The notes beneath the pieces are model-generated. The model saw only the letters and a program-made list of their open reading frames with translations, was not told the DNA's origin and made no database searches. DNA of 55,293 nt, taken from the NCBI GenBank assembly GCA_000697335.1, contig JNEM01008043.1, forward strand, positions 1 through 55,293, written 5' to 3'. Made by a program: the position numbers and the translations under genes. This DNA comes from Conidiobolus incongruus B7586 (taxonomy: Eukaryota). Below, in pieces: positions 13,033-23,925 of the stretch; within the stretch, counting starts at the first letter, position 1; each line of letters begins with the position of its first letter.

Positions 13033-13967
13033 TTTCATAATTAAAATTATTATGTTATTATTATTATTATTATTGTCAATTCCATACTATATAACATATT
13101 TAGTGAATTAAAAAGTTAGACTCCTTCATAAAAACATAGTGAAATTATTAAATTTTAATTTAAAAAATTTCCAAAAATAATTAAAGTTTATTTAAGTTAA
13201 TAGTGTTATAATTATTTTTTAAAAATGAAATATATATATATTCATTGACTAATATTTAAAAATTCTATTTAGTTTGATTTGATTTATTTTATAATTCTGA
13301 ATATAATTAATAAATAAATATTAGTCAATACAAAAACCAATATTGGCTTTATTTCAAAAAAAGAATAATTTATAAATATATATTTTCTAGGGACAGAATT
13401 TTGTATATTCACTATATTAATATATCTATAGTGAAGTTATTAATTTTATAACTAGTAAATTAGATAGATTGGTCATTTGTTGATTATATTTAATCTGTGA
13501 ATTTCACATTCATTGTTTTATTGATCTTTAAATAGTGTTACATGGATGACTAAACCAACTGTTAATACAAATATATTTTACAATTATTTTAAATAGATAT
13601 TACAAAACATAATATCCAAAATATATTATTTAATCGTTTAATAAGTTTTTATAATATTTGAATTGAATTATTAAAAGTTTTCTGATTGATCATTAATAAC
13701 TAATATAAAATAGCAAAAACCAATAACATGATCTTTATTCAATATGGTCTATTTCCAAGTCATAATCCAAACTCTATTAATGAATTGGGAGAAATCTTTT
13801 ATTACTTAGAATAAGCCACTAATAGCTATTGATATGTATAAAACCAGTCATTAGTGGATAATTATAACAACTTCATCAAACCAAAAGCAATAACCATAAT
13901 TTTGTTCATTAGCTAATTCATTGTATTAATCAAATAACGTCATCAAATTCACTTATCAATAAATAAA

Positions 13968-14419
13968 ATGACTCACTCAAGGTAATAAAATAAACTTAAC
14001 GTATCCTACATAACTTTACTAAGTATTAAAGCATTAAGATTGTTCACACTGAATCCGCTCCTGCCGCTATCGGTCCCTACTCCCAAGCTACTGTAGCTGT
14101 TTCTCATGGTCTCATATTCGTATCTGGTCAAATCCCTGTCGATCCCAAAACTGGTAGCATTCCTGAAACTATTATAGAACAAACTCAGCAATCTCTCACC
14201 AACCTTGAACAAGTCCTCAAGGCCGCTAACTCCGATTTGACCAAAGTGCTCAAAGTCAACGTCTACTTGAAGGACATGAACGACTTCCAAGCTATGAACG
14301 AAGTCTATGCTAAATTCTTCAAAGAACACCGTCCTGCTAGAGCTGCTGTTGAAGTTGCCAGATTACCCAAGGATGTCTTGATCGAAATTGAATGTACTGC
14401 AGTTGCTCCTCAGGAATAA
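13968..14419 (+). CDS. RidA/YjgF/UK114 copy 2, no presequence (HMF1-like); exons 13968-13981, 14032-14419
   Basis: ATGACTCACTCAAG|gtaata...taaag|CATTAAGATT splices in frame to [23 protein letters not shown]...RPARAAVEV...APQE*. Confidence 0.88.
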
Positions 14420-14968
14420 TTAGGAATTAAAATCAATTTATTTAAAACATTGTATTGTTATCAATATGAGTATTGTATAATTTACTTTGTTGAATTATAT
14501 CTTAAAATTATTGATTCAACAAAGGTATTACTCTAGTTTGACAATTTATTTATTATCACATTCAATTATCAAAATTTTATAAATTTGTAGTTTAATCTAA
14601 TTTTTTATAAAATAATTTATTAATTCTTTTATCTATAATTATGAATGATTATATTTTGTTTTGTAATATAATATTTCTTAAGTTTGGAATATTATTGATA
14701 AATAATATTTTTTTTGATTCGAATTAAAACCAAATATATATTGGGGGATTGTTATTCAATTTTCTTTTTAAAAAATCAAAAATAAATTTTAATTGAAAAA
14801 TGAACAAAGATTGATAATTTTGGATCGAATAAATTAATAACATTGAAATATAATTTTGTTATAAAATTCAAGTTATTATGAAAAAGAAAATTTTTAATTA
14901 TTTAGATTAAAAAATTAAAAGTGAAGTAAACTTGCTTGAAAAAACTAAACATAGTCGGAAATGACTAA

Positions 14969-15039
14969 TGCAATGGCGGGGAATCGAACCCCGGTCTACC
15001 GCGTGGCAGGCGGTAATTATACCACTAAACCACCATTGC
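14969..15039 (-). tRNA. tRNA-Gly(GCC), intronless
   Basis: Reverse complement GCAATGG TGGTTTAGTGGTATAAT T ACCGC CTGCCAC GCGGT AGAC CGGGG TTCGATT CCCCG CCATTGC A forms a complete cloverleaf with anticodon GCC. Confidence 0.97.
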
Positions 15040-15914
15040 TTATTACACTATTCAATAACTTATAATATTATTTAAACAATTAAATTTCAATCAATTTTTT
15101 ATTTGATTATTTCTTTTTAACATTAATATACAACCCAGATCTTTTGATGTAATAGTTTTCAATCCTTGCATTAATCTTCACTCTTATTCTTTCGATACTT
15201 TTTTATTCTAATTTTTCATTGTTTTTTAATACATTTTATTTAAATTTTTTATTTCATATATAATTTACTATTACATATTAATTTAAATTTTTAAGAAATG
15301 TATAACATAATTTGGCAAACAAATAAAATAATTTTAAATAATACTTTTATCAGTTGCTTTGCAATGATAATGTATCCTAAAATATATTTAAAATTTAATT
15401 ACTTTGTAATATCCTTAAAGTTTTTATATAATAATTTATCCATAAAAATTTAGAAAGTAGTAACACATATAAGGCAACATTTTCAATAGTTTTTCTTGAT
15501 TTAATATCATATTTGAATGCAATAGCTGTTCGAGTATTAACACTAAATTTATATGTTATTAATCTCATTAAATGAATATTGTTTGGGGTAAAATTCAATA
15601 CATATAAAGATTTTAGTGGTATTTAACTGATTGGTTAATTATATCAGCTATTAAGAATATTAATAAATAGCTAATATTCTAGAAAACTATTTCTTATATA
15701 TTTTAGGTTGATTAAATGTGTAAAATATTAATCATGAAGTTATCAATGATATTTAGGAATTAATAGAATTTTGTAAGAAAGGAATGGTAATATTACTAGA
15801 TCACTTATATTGATAACAATGATAAGGTATTATTATAGATATAAAAATATTAATTTCTATAGTGAGTAATATTTAATATGTTAATTACATAATATGATTG
15901 ATTTTTATTAGAAT

Positions 15915-16820
15915 TTAGTTTTGGACAAAGTTGTTAGTATAATTTTGAACGAAAGACTCATCAATAATCTTCAAGTGTTTGCAGTAGTTGGTGACCTTGT
16001 TCCAGTCACGTTCGACATTCATCAAATCTTTGGAGAGGTAGACCATGGAGCGGGTAAAGATCTCTTTGTTGACCTTAGTGTCCATTTCGGGGTTGATCTT
16101 GCAGAGGAGATTATAGGCGTTGGTAGGGTCTTGTTGGATGAAATCGGTGGCACGCTTGACAGCTCTCATGAAGCCAGCAACACGATCGGGATGTTCCTTA
16201 ATGAAGTTGTCGTTGGCGATGTAGAGGATGGAACAGAAGCAACAGCATCCCAAGTTGGCCAATTCATCGATACGAAGCATGTGGACGCCCTTGTAGGTTT
16301 GTTCCAATTCGACCATTTGGACGTTTTCCAAACCGACACCAGCGTCGATGGTACCATCCTTAATGGCTTGGGTGACGTTCATACCAACACGAATGGCTTC
16401 GTAGTCGGTGGGAGCTAATCCATTACGCTCCATCAATTCGTCTAAGATCAACTTACCGAAGTGACCAACGTAACCGATGCGCTTACCCTTGAAAGCGGCA
16501 ACATCTTTCCATTCTTCGTGGTTTGTGGATTCGTCACTGACGTAAATGACACCGGTGAAAGGTTCATCTAACAAAGTACCAATTGAGGAGACGGGGTACT
16601 TGGTGGAGGCAGCAATGGTGTGGATCATAGCCTTGAAACCCATGTCAATACGACCAGATCCAATCAAATGGGTTACGTCACTAGGGTCGGTGGGTTCCAA
16701 AATCATAACGTTGAGATTTTCATCCTTGAAATAGTTGAGGTGTTTAGCAATTAACACAGGAGCGTGGTAAGGCAAAGCCTTCCAGTTGAATAAGAAACTA
16801 ATTGAGTTGTCGACAGTCAT
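15915..16820 (-). CDS. THI5: HMP-phosphate synthase THI5/NMT1 (thiamine pyrimidine synthesis)
   Basis: NWKALPYHAP, FKAMIHT (PLP Lys and substrate His), IGYVGHFGK and CCCFCS motifs. ATG at 16820 (MTVD) with TATAAAA 70 bp upstream. Confidence 0.95.
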   Translation of the reverse strand: MTVDNSISFLFNWKALPYHAPVLIAKHLNYFKDENLNVMILEPTDPSDVTHLIGSGRIDMGFKAMIHTIAASTKYPVSSIGTLLDEPFTGVIYVSDESTNHEEWKDVAAFKGKRIGYVGHFGKLILDELMERNGLAPTDYEAIRVGMNVTQAIKDGTIDAGVGLENVQMVELEQTYKGVHMLRIDELANLGCCCFCSILYIANDNFIKEHPDRVAGFMRAVKRATDFIQQDPTNAYNLLCKINPEMDTKVNKEIFTRSMVYLSKDLMNVERDWNKVTNYCKHLKIIDESFVQNYTNNFVQN

Positions 16821-16889
16821 GGTTATGCTTACTTGTTCGATAGATGGCTTTGATATCGTAGTATTATCAATTGGTGCCACAGCGCTCTG

Positions 16890-16896
16890 TTTTATA
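16890..16896 (-). promoter_or_regulatory. TATA box of THI5
   Basis: TATAAAA on the minus strand, 70 nt upstream of the ATG. Confidence 0.5.
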
Positions 16897-17147
16897 GTGA
16901 TTAGGTATTTTTTGACCAATTTAGTAACTATCAAATATTGAATGCTTAGCCAACCATCTTGCAGAAAGCTTATCAATAATTGCTATAAATTGATAAAATT
17001 CTATAAATGTCTTAATGAATTGAATACATTATCCAATCAATGGCAATATCATGGGCAATTAAGTTAGATGTAGTACTAATTAAATCACCAGCTTGAGTTC
17101 TATATATCGGCTAAAATTGCAAACACCAATATTTGGCAAATATTTTG

Positions 17148-17178
17148 GTATGAGTAATGTGATCTGTATGAGTCATAC
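17148..17178. promoter_or_regulatory. Gcn4/CpcA (AP-1)-type sites upstream of THI5
   Basis: GTATGAGTCATAC (17166-17178, perfect ATGAGTCAT consensus) plus variant GTATGAGTAAT (17148-17158). Confidence 0.5.
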
Positions 17179-17683
17179 TCCGCTTGAATTTTGGTTGTCA
17201 ATGATCTTCAATAGGCTAAATTACAACACTTGTCAATGTTAGAGATTCTAATATGCTATGATAACCTGTTTTTCAATTATTGAAATTTGATCACTGAAAC
17301 TAAAAATCGATTTTTTCATCATACTAGGTTTGTTGAAATATGTATCCTAAATAAGGGAATTTATTAGAACATATTGGAATCCCTAATCTAACATATTGGA
17401 AAACTTGATGACAGGGTGTAGCGTGATTCCAAATGCTTGGAAACTATTTCGAACTTTAAAATCTACCCTCGTGGGCTCGGAAAGCACTTTGATTGGAGGA
17501 ATATATAATCAGATCAATTTTCGAAGATCAATTAAATTAATTGAAAATTGGTAGATTGATAAATTGAGACATATTTCAAATAGATTTATGAATTTCCCAA
17601 TATTGAACAATATATATCCTTAAATTGGATGTGATACAAATTGATTACACGTACCAATAGAAATAAATAAATTGGATTTTATT

Positions 17684-20600
17684 TTATACTTTATGCTCTA
17701 CTAAAATGCGCAGTTCACTTAATTCAGTATCTTCTTCCTTATCATTAGGTTGATAAATGGTGGAGTGAGTTGATAATCCATACCAATTATATTTTAGTAT
17801 ACCATCTACAATGATTAAAATGGAGCTCATTGTGATGAGAAATAGCCAGTCCCGTGTTGAAATAGCTTCAGTCTGGAATACCTTTTGAAGGAAAGGGACA
17901 TAAAGGACAAGAACATGACCAAGTAAACTGGCACTAACACTTGCGTAAAATGACCAATTGTGGGGGAGTGAATGGTATCCTAAAATCTTACTTGGAGACC
18001 TACATATCAAAGCATTAACCATATCCAAGACGACTAGAGCCGTGAATGTCATTGTAGTTGACCTTGAGGTAATAGAGCTATCTGGAGTTCGTGTTTTCAC
18101 AAACACGAAAAATGTTCCAAAGCCCATTAAAGCACCATTAGTGATGACTCGTGTCAATAAAGCGGGTGTTAATAAGGATGCGTTACGTGCTCTAGGTGGT
18201 TGAATTACAATTGCAGGGTCATATGCCTCAACCCCAAGAGATTGAGCAGGAGGTCCATCCATTAAAATATTGATATATAGGATTTGCATTGGGTTCAAAG
18301 GATTTCCCAACTTGAACAATGTAGTAAATAGTACTAACATCAAAGTGGCTAACGATGTAGACAGCTGAAACGTTAGGAAATTTTGAATATTGTTAAAGAT
18401 GCCTCGACCTTCAGCAACTCCACTGACAAGGCCGTGTAGATTATCTTTAACCAGTATGAGTTGAGCAGATTCGCGCGCAACATCAGAGGCACCTGGACCA
18501 CCCATAGCAACACCCAGATCAGAAAGCCTCAAAGCTGGCGTATCGTTAACTCCATCACCCGTCATTGCTACAACATCTCCGCGTGCCTGGAAGGCTGAGA
18601 CAATACGCAATTTGTGGTGTGGTGTTGTTCGCGCAAATATCCATACTCGATCAAGTGCCTCTGCGAGCTCTTCGTCTGACATTCGCTCGAGGTCAGTACC
18701 AATAATACAGTCTTGAGAGACATCATGAACAGGTAGACCAATTTGACGAGCAATAGAGTGCGCAGTGATTGGTGAATCACCTGTAATAATCACAGGTTTG
18801 ATTCCTGATCGCTGCAAATCGAATAAGGTCGACTCAACCTCAGGTCTAGGCGGATCGGAAAGTGCAACAAGGCCAACAAATGTAAGTTGATCGAGTTGAT
18901 CACCTTGAGCGAGCGCGAGAACTCGGAATCCTTGTGATGCCCAGCGGTTATGTACATCCCAAATAGATTTCTCGAAAGAGGGAGTGATGGAAATCTGATT
19001 GTGGTTACTAATATAGTTGGTACATCTAGTCAATGTCGCTTCCAAGCTTCCTTTGAAATAATGGGGATGGCCTGCATATTGAATTGACATCCATTTTGTT
19101 GCTGATGAAAATGGATTAATTATAGTTTTAGTTAATTCCTAAAGCAGTGAATGTTAATATAAGAAATGGTAAATTGAATAGTATTATTTACTCCTCTCAG
19201 ATCTTTGTTTAATACTGTCAAACTCCACTGAAGTAGACCAATATCTGTTGACTGCCCTACCCATCTTTGATCAGAGAATTGGGCATCGTTACATAAGTTC
19301 GCTAAATATATAGTAAGTAATGATGTAGCTATGATCAATTCAAAAATTACCAATAGTCGCCAATTGCTTAATGTTGCTAGATAACTTTGGTGAGCTAGGC
19401 TGAGAGTTTCTTGGAGAATGAATGGGTTCCCCTGAAATATATATCTCATGGACAGAAATTAAATTTTCAGTGATAGTACCTAATCAATGTTTAGTCAATC
19501 TCATATAAAATGAGATTAAAGGAGTTGTTACCCGTCTTATCCAAACATAGCACATTGATACTGCCTAATGTTTCAACAGATGGTAAACTTTTGACAAGTA
19601 CATGATCTTTAGACATCCTCAAGACCCCGAGAGCGAGTGTGACGGTGACAACAATGGGAAGACCTTCTGGGATAGCAGCTACTGCCAAACTTACACCAAT
19701 TGTGACGAGCTCAAACCAATTGGATCCCATTAGAACACCCCATAGGACCAGAAAAGTAATGAGAACTAAAGATGCCTTCGTAAGTTGTTGGCTGAGTTCA
19801 TTCATTGATTCTTGGAGTGGGCTTTTGACTTCCTCGATCTATTGAATGATTGAGTAATATTATTTTAGTATGGTTGTCGTATGGTTTACCTCTTCCAAGC
19901 TGGTTACAATCTTTCCTAATTCAGTATCCTTACCAATACCAATGACAACACCAATACCGTATCCTATACATTTCAAATATCAGCTAAACCTGTTTATCAA
20001 ACATATGCATATCTAATCTAATTGTTACCTGAATGAACCAAACTACCCATAAATCCAATGTTTCTGCGAGAGCTAAGAGCTAAATCATACTCATGGATAG
20101 GCTCCCAGATCTTGTGCACTGGTTCCGATTCTCCGGTAAGATTAGATTCATCGACAAGAAGGTCTTGTGTCTACTTATATTAAATTAAAGTATTATTGGG
20201 CTTTTAAAATAGTATACCTCTATCCATCTCACATCCGCGGGAACACGATCACCTGTGAATACTTTTATAATCTCGCCAGGTAGTAGAAACTTAACAGCAA
20301 CAGTTTCTAATTGACCATTTCTATTAAATTAAATTTGTTGTTATGGATGTGCTATAAGGTAATAATACTAGAATCTTACCTGTAAACTTTACTCATTGGA
20401 TCCTCTAGTTTAGTCAACTTTTGTATACTCTCGTCAGAACGTAGCTCTTGAATAAAGCCAACTAATATAGCGCAGTTGTTAGTTTAAGTATATAAGAAAT
20501 AGAGAAATATTATATCTATATTTTGATAAATTTAATATTATTTACCTGTAAATACTATTAAAATGGCCTACCAAATAAAATTAAATAAATTATAAGGTTG

Positions 20601-20929
20601 AATCAAAATGTTAAAAATTTACTTACCACCAAAATACTAATAGCATCGTCCCATTGACCAAGCAGTCCGGAAATGACTGCAGATCCTAGTAATAGTAGCA
20701 ACATTTGATTATCCATCAAATTATCCAATATTTTCTGTAATAGCCCAGGTTTGGGTTTACCCTCAAGGACATTAAAACCATATACCTCGCGGATTTTTAT
20801 GAAATCTGTTGCCGAATAGCCAGGCGGGTTGTTTAAGATTGCAGTCCTGTCTTTTGAAGAGTTAGGATGATAATGATTTATGATGTCTTCGACGTTGGCA
20901 TAGTAGGCGGGTAGATTAAAATTTTGCAT
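17684..20929 (-). CDS. PMR1: Golgi Ca2+/Mn2+ P-type ATPase (SPCA/PMR1), multi-exon
   Basis: LTGES, AAIPEGLP, DKTG|T, TGD, GDGVND and NILMDGPPAQSLG motifs across exons. Confidence 0.9.
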
Positions 20930-21530
20930 GATTAATTAGAGGATAGATAAAATATCCTTTCAAAATTATTTGTATTATTATAACCAAAATGCTACAAGAT
21001 ATTAATTATTAAATTATATTGATTGTTATGTTAATATTCAATATGTTGATTCATTCTAGGTTATATATTTTTATTTAGAGTTAATTAATCATTTAATTTA
21101 TGAATTCAATTAATTATGGGAAGTCACATAAATTAACTTGAACTAAACAAATTATTGTTATTTGGAATATCTTGAGTATAGACCAATAACCTATGCCAAT
21201 TTTAAATATAACCATTACAAATATATTTTTTAAAATTGTCAATATTCTTAAAAATTGGTTTTCTTAAGTATTTTAATATCTGATATAACAGTATTATAAT
21301 ATAATAGGATAGAGTAAGATGTTTCATATGTTGAGATGTGTAACAATATTTTCACACATATTTGCACAAATCATTTCAATTTACTCAGACACATTGATCT
21401 TAAAAATCAAATATATTAAATCAAATTTGATTCAACTTGCAAACAATTGTGATAGAGCTAAATAGAAATATTTAAATATATGGTTAATTTGGTGTATTTT
21501 TATTGGATTATATCTATTAAATCATATGAT

Positions 21531-23116
21531 TTATTGTGCAAAATAGCTCGAATCTCGGTGCATTCTTGTTCTCAATGAAATTCTACTTGCTACAAGATAT
21601 CAATAAACCAGATGAATAAAATTGTAAAATTAAATATTACGTGCTCGACTAGCTCTGGATTCAAATTGCGAATGAGCAAGTGATTTTCTTGAATCATCAA
21701 TTGTTTCACTATTTATATTTAATTTCGATCCAATGCTTGTTGGGATTTCACTAATATTAAAGTTAATTACAACTAAAATTATATAATTCGATATTAATTA
21801 CTCTATTTCATTATGATCGAACAGGTTATGAGTCTCCAATGATTTATCAATATCTGAATTGATAATATTGTTCAACTCATTTTTTCTATAATTAGAATGA
21901 AGTCCCTTAGAATTCCCAGAAAAATCTTCATTGACAGTATAATTCAACCCTTTTGATTCGGATATAGGTGTATATCCTGAAATAGTTAGATTAGGGTTGA
22001 AATAATGTTGTTTTCTATATTTTAATTATAAAAAATTGTATTATTATATTTATATATTTGGCTTACATTGTCACCGGATCAAATCTAGGAATGGGATTAA
22101 ATTGATTATATTGTTGGTTTTGTAATGCTTTAATATTATCAGGAAAGTCCTGATATTTACTATTTGAGTTATTTTCTCGGATACTATATGGAGATATATT
22201 ATTCAAATTATTAGAGTAAAGATTATTCTCTCTTAAGTCTGAAGAATTCATGAATTTGGTCGAGTCTTTAAATGTTTCTTGATCTTGATATTTTATATTT
22301 TCATTAGGAGTCTCTTGATAGATGTTTGGGGTTTGTCTATTATTCATACTATTATTGTGACTTTCAACTCTAAATTATATTGTTCATTGATAATTCAAAT
22401 ATTGGGAACAAGATAATTACTTTTTATGTGTCATTTCTTGAATGGGTGGACTTTTTTTATTTTTCAATATATTTTCTTTCAATGCTTTATTATCTCGCTC
22501 CAAATTTTCAATTTTTCTAATTAAAATCAATTACTTGAAAAAATTTGAAATGAAAAATCCTTACTCCTTCAGTTGTTTATTCATTTCTATATGTTCTTTT
22601 GCTTTGAGGATTATCTTTCTTTGATATATAGTTTTCTCTTTGAGTGATTTGATTAAAGATATAGCATTATTTAACTGATACTATACTAATTGTTTTATTA
22701 CGTCAAATAGTTGATATTCAAAAACTTACTTGGTAAACTTCAATATAATTTGCTAACATTTCTGAAGAGGAGTTCAGAAACGGTACTTGGCTTAAATCAT
22801 ACTAAAATGAATTTAATTCAATAGTATAACTTGAAATTTTAGTTATTTTATACATTCGTTGCATTTGAATAGCTGGTATATTTTACCATCACTTCACATT
22901 TATTACATTCGCATTCATTATCTATTCAAATATAATTGATTTTTGTTAATAAATGTGAACCCAAAGATATATTTTACCAGTTGCAATAATTTTTTTATTA
23001 AAACAAATTTCACAAAATATATGATGACATGACAATATATACCAAATTTCTTCTTTTTCAGTAGGATATCGAAAACAAGAATTGCAATGAAACCAGAATA
23101 TTTCGTTTAGATGCAT
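21531..23116 (-). CDS. RNF212/Zip3(Cst9)-like meiotic RING E3 ligase, multi-exon
   Basis: Hand splice gives MHLNEIFWFHCNSCFRYP...YILSCHHIFCEIC...CNKC (RING), then a coiled coil (EVYQYQLNNAISLIKSLKEK) and a low-complexity tail ending SSYFAQ*. Confidence 0.7.
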
Positions 23117-23925
23117 TTAATGATTTTAAAAAGATTTAGTAAAATTTTTTAATTTTCCTCTTTTTATATTATTTAACACTTTATTAATGTTAAATGCTAA
23201 ATGCTGAATTAATCATAATATTTAAAACCAAAAAGTTTGACAAGTATTAAATATTTTATTTCATTAGTATAATTTGATTTCTAACCTTTTACTATGAAAT
23301 TATTAAATTGGTTTTACCTTTATATATATAATTAGCTTAATGTAATTTAAATAAAAAGATATATATATCATTTTATGATAATAAATAAATTCTTGAAATT
23401 AAACAATAATTAAGACTTGTCAAGGAATATTGTTAGAAATTCGTTAAATAATTCAACTTTATATTGTTCATATTATTAGAAATATACGCGATTACTGTTT
23501 GAGAACTACATTAACAATATGAGAATACAACTCATTATATATAAATAACAAAAAAAAATAAATTCGAGAATTAAATGTTTGAGCTTGAAGAAAAAATGTA
23601 ACATATATAATAGATGTTTATTTGATAAAATTTATAATGGTGAATATCTTGTAGATTATTATAATTTATAGTTAATTTTTAGAATATAAGGATTTTATAT
23701 AGGACTTGAATTTAATAGGTTTTATAAAAAATTAAATACATAAAAGAAATGATTTAATAATTTCAAAAGTTATCCAAATTAAAATACTGTTGAATCAAAG
23801 TATTAGTAATCAAATCATTATCCCATAATACTATTATCAAGATTAATTTTGTATAAATAAACCCTATATGTATAAATTAGGTGTGCTAATACCCGATACT
23901 CATCTAACCAATCAAATCACATCAA

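Larger units (their letters stand above)
12359..14419 (+). repeat. Tandem duplication (~1.39 kb spacing) of RidA gene plus ~220 bp upstream
   Basis: 12361-12579 is highly similar to 13754-13967. Coding 12829-12980 is identical to 14216-14367. Confidence 0.9.

Noticed and set aside
15921..16418. Antisense ORFs over THI5 (and similar ones over RidA, PMR1, XPB, OPT and the TF)
   Set aside because: Shadows of biased codon usage, with no independent motifs.
15915..16820. Horizontal transfer of THI5 suggested by high GC and no introns
   Set aside because: RPP2 and RidA show the same C-ending codon bias typical of highly expressed genes, and the motifs are fungal-type.
16821..16976. 52-aa N-terminal extension on THI5
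   Set aside because: Begins at a non-ATG codon and spans the TATA box; homology starts at MTVD (16820).
17401..17430. ACTTGAT...AGCGT resembling the 3' half of a TPP aptamer
   Set aside because: Wrong strand for THI5, and no CTGAG or P5 stem-loop.
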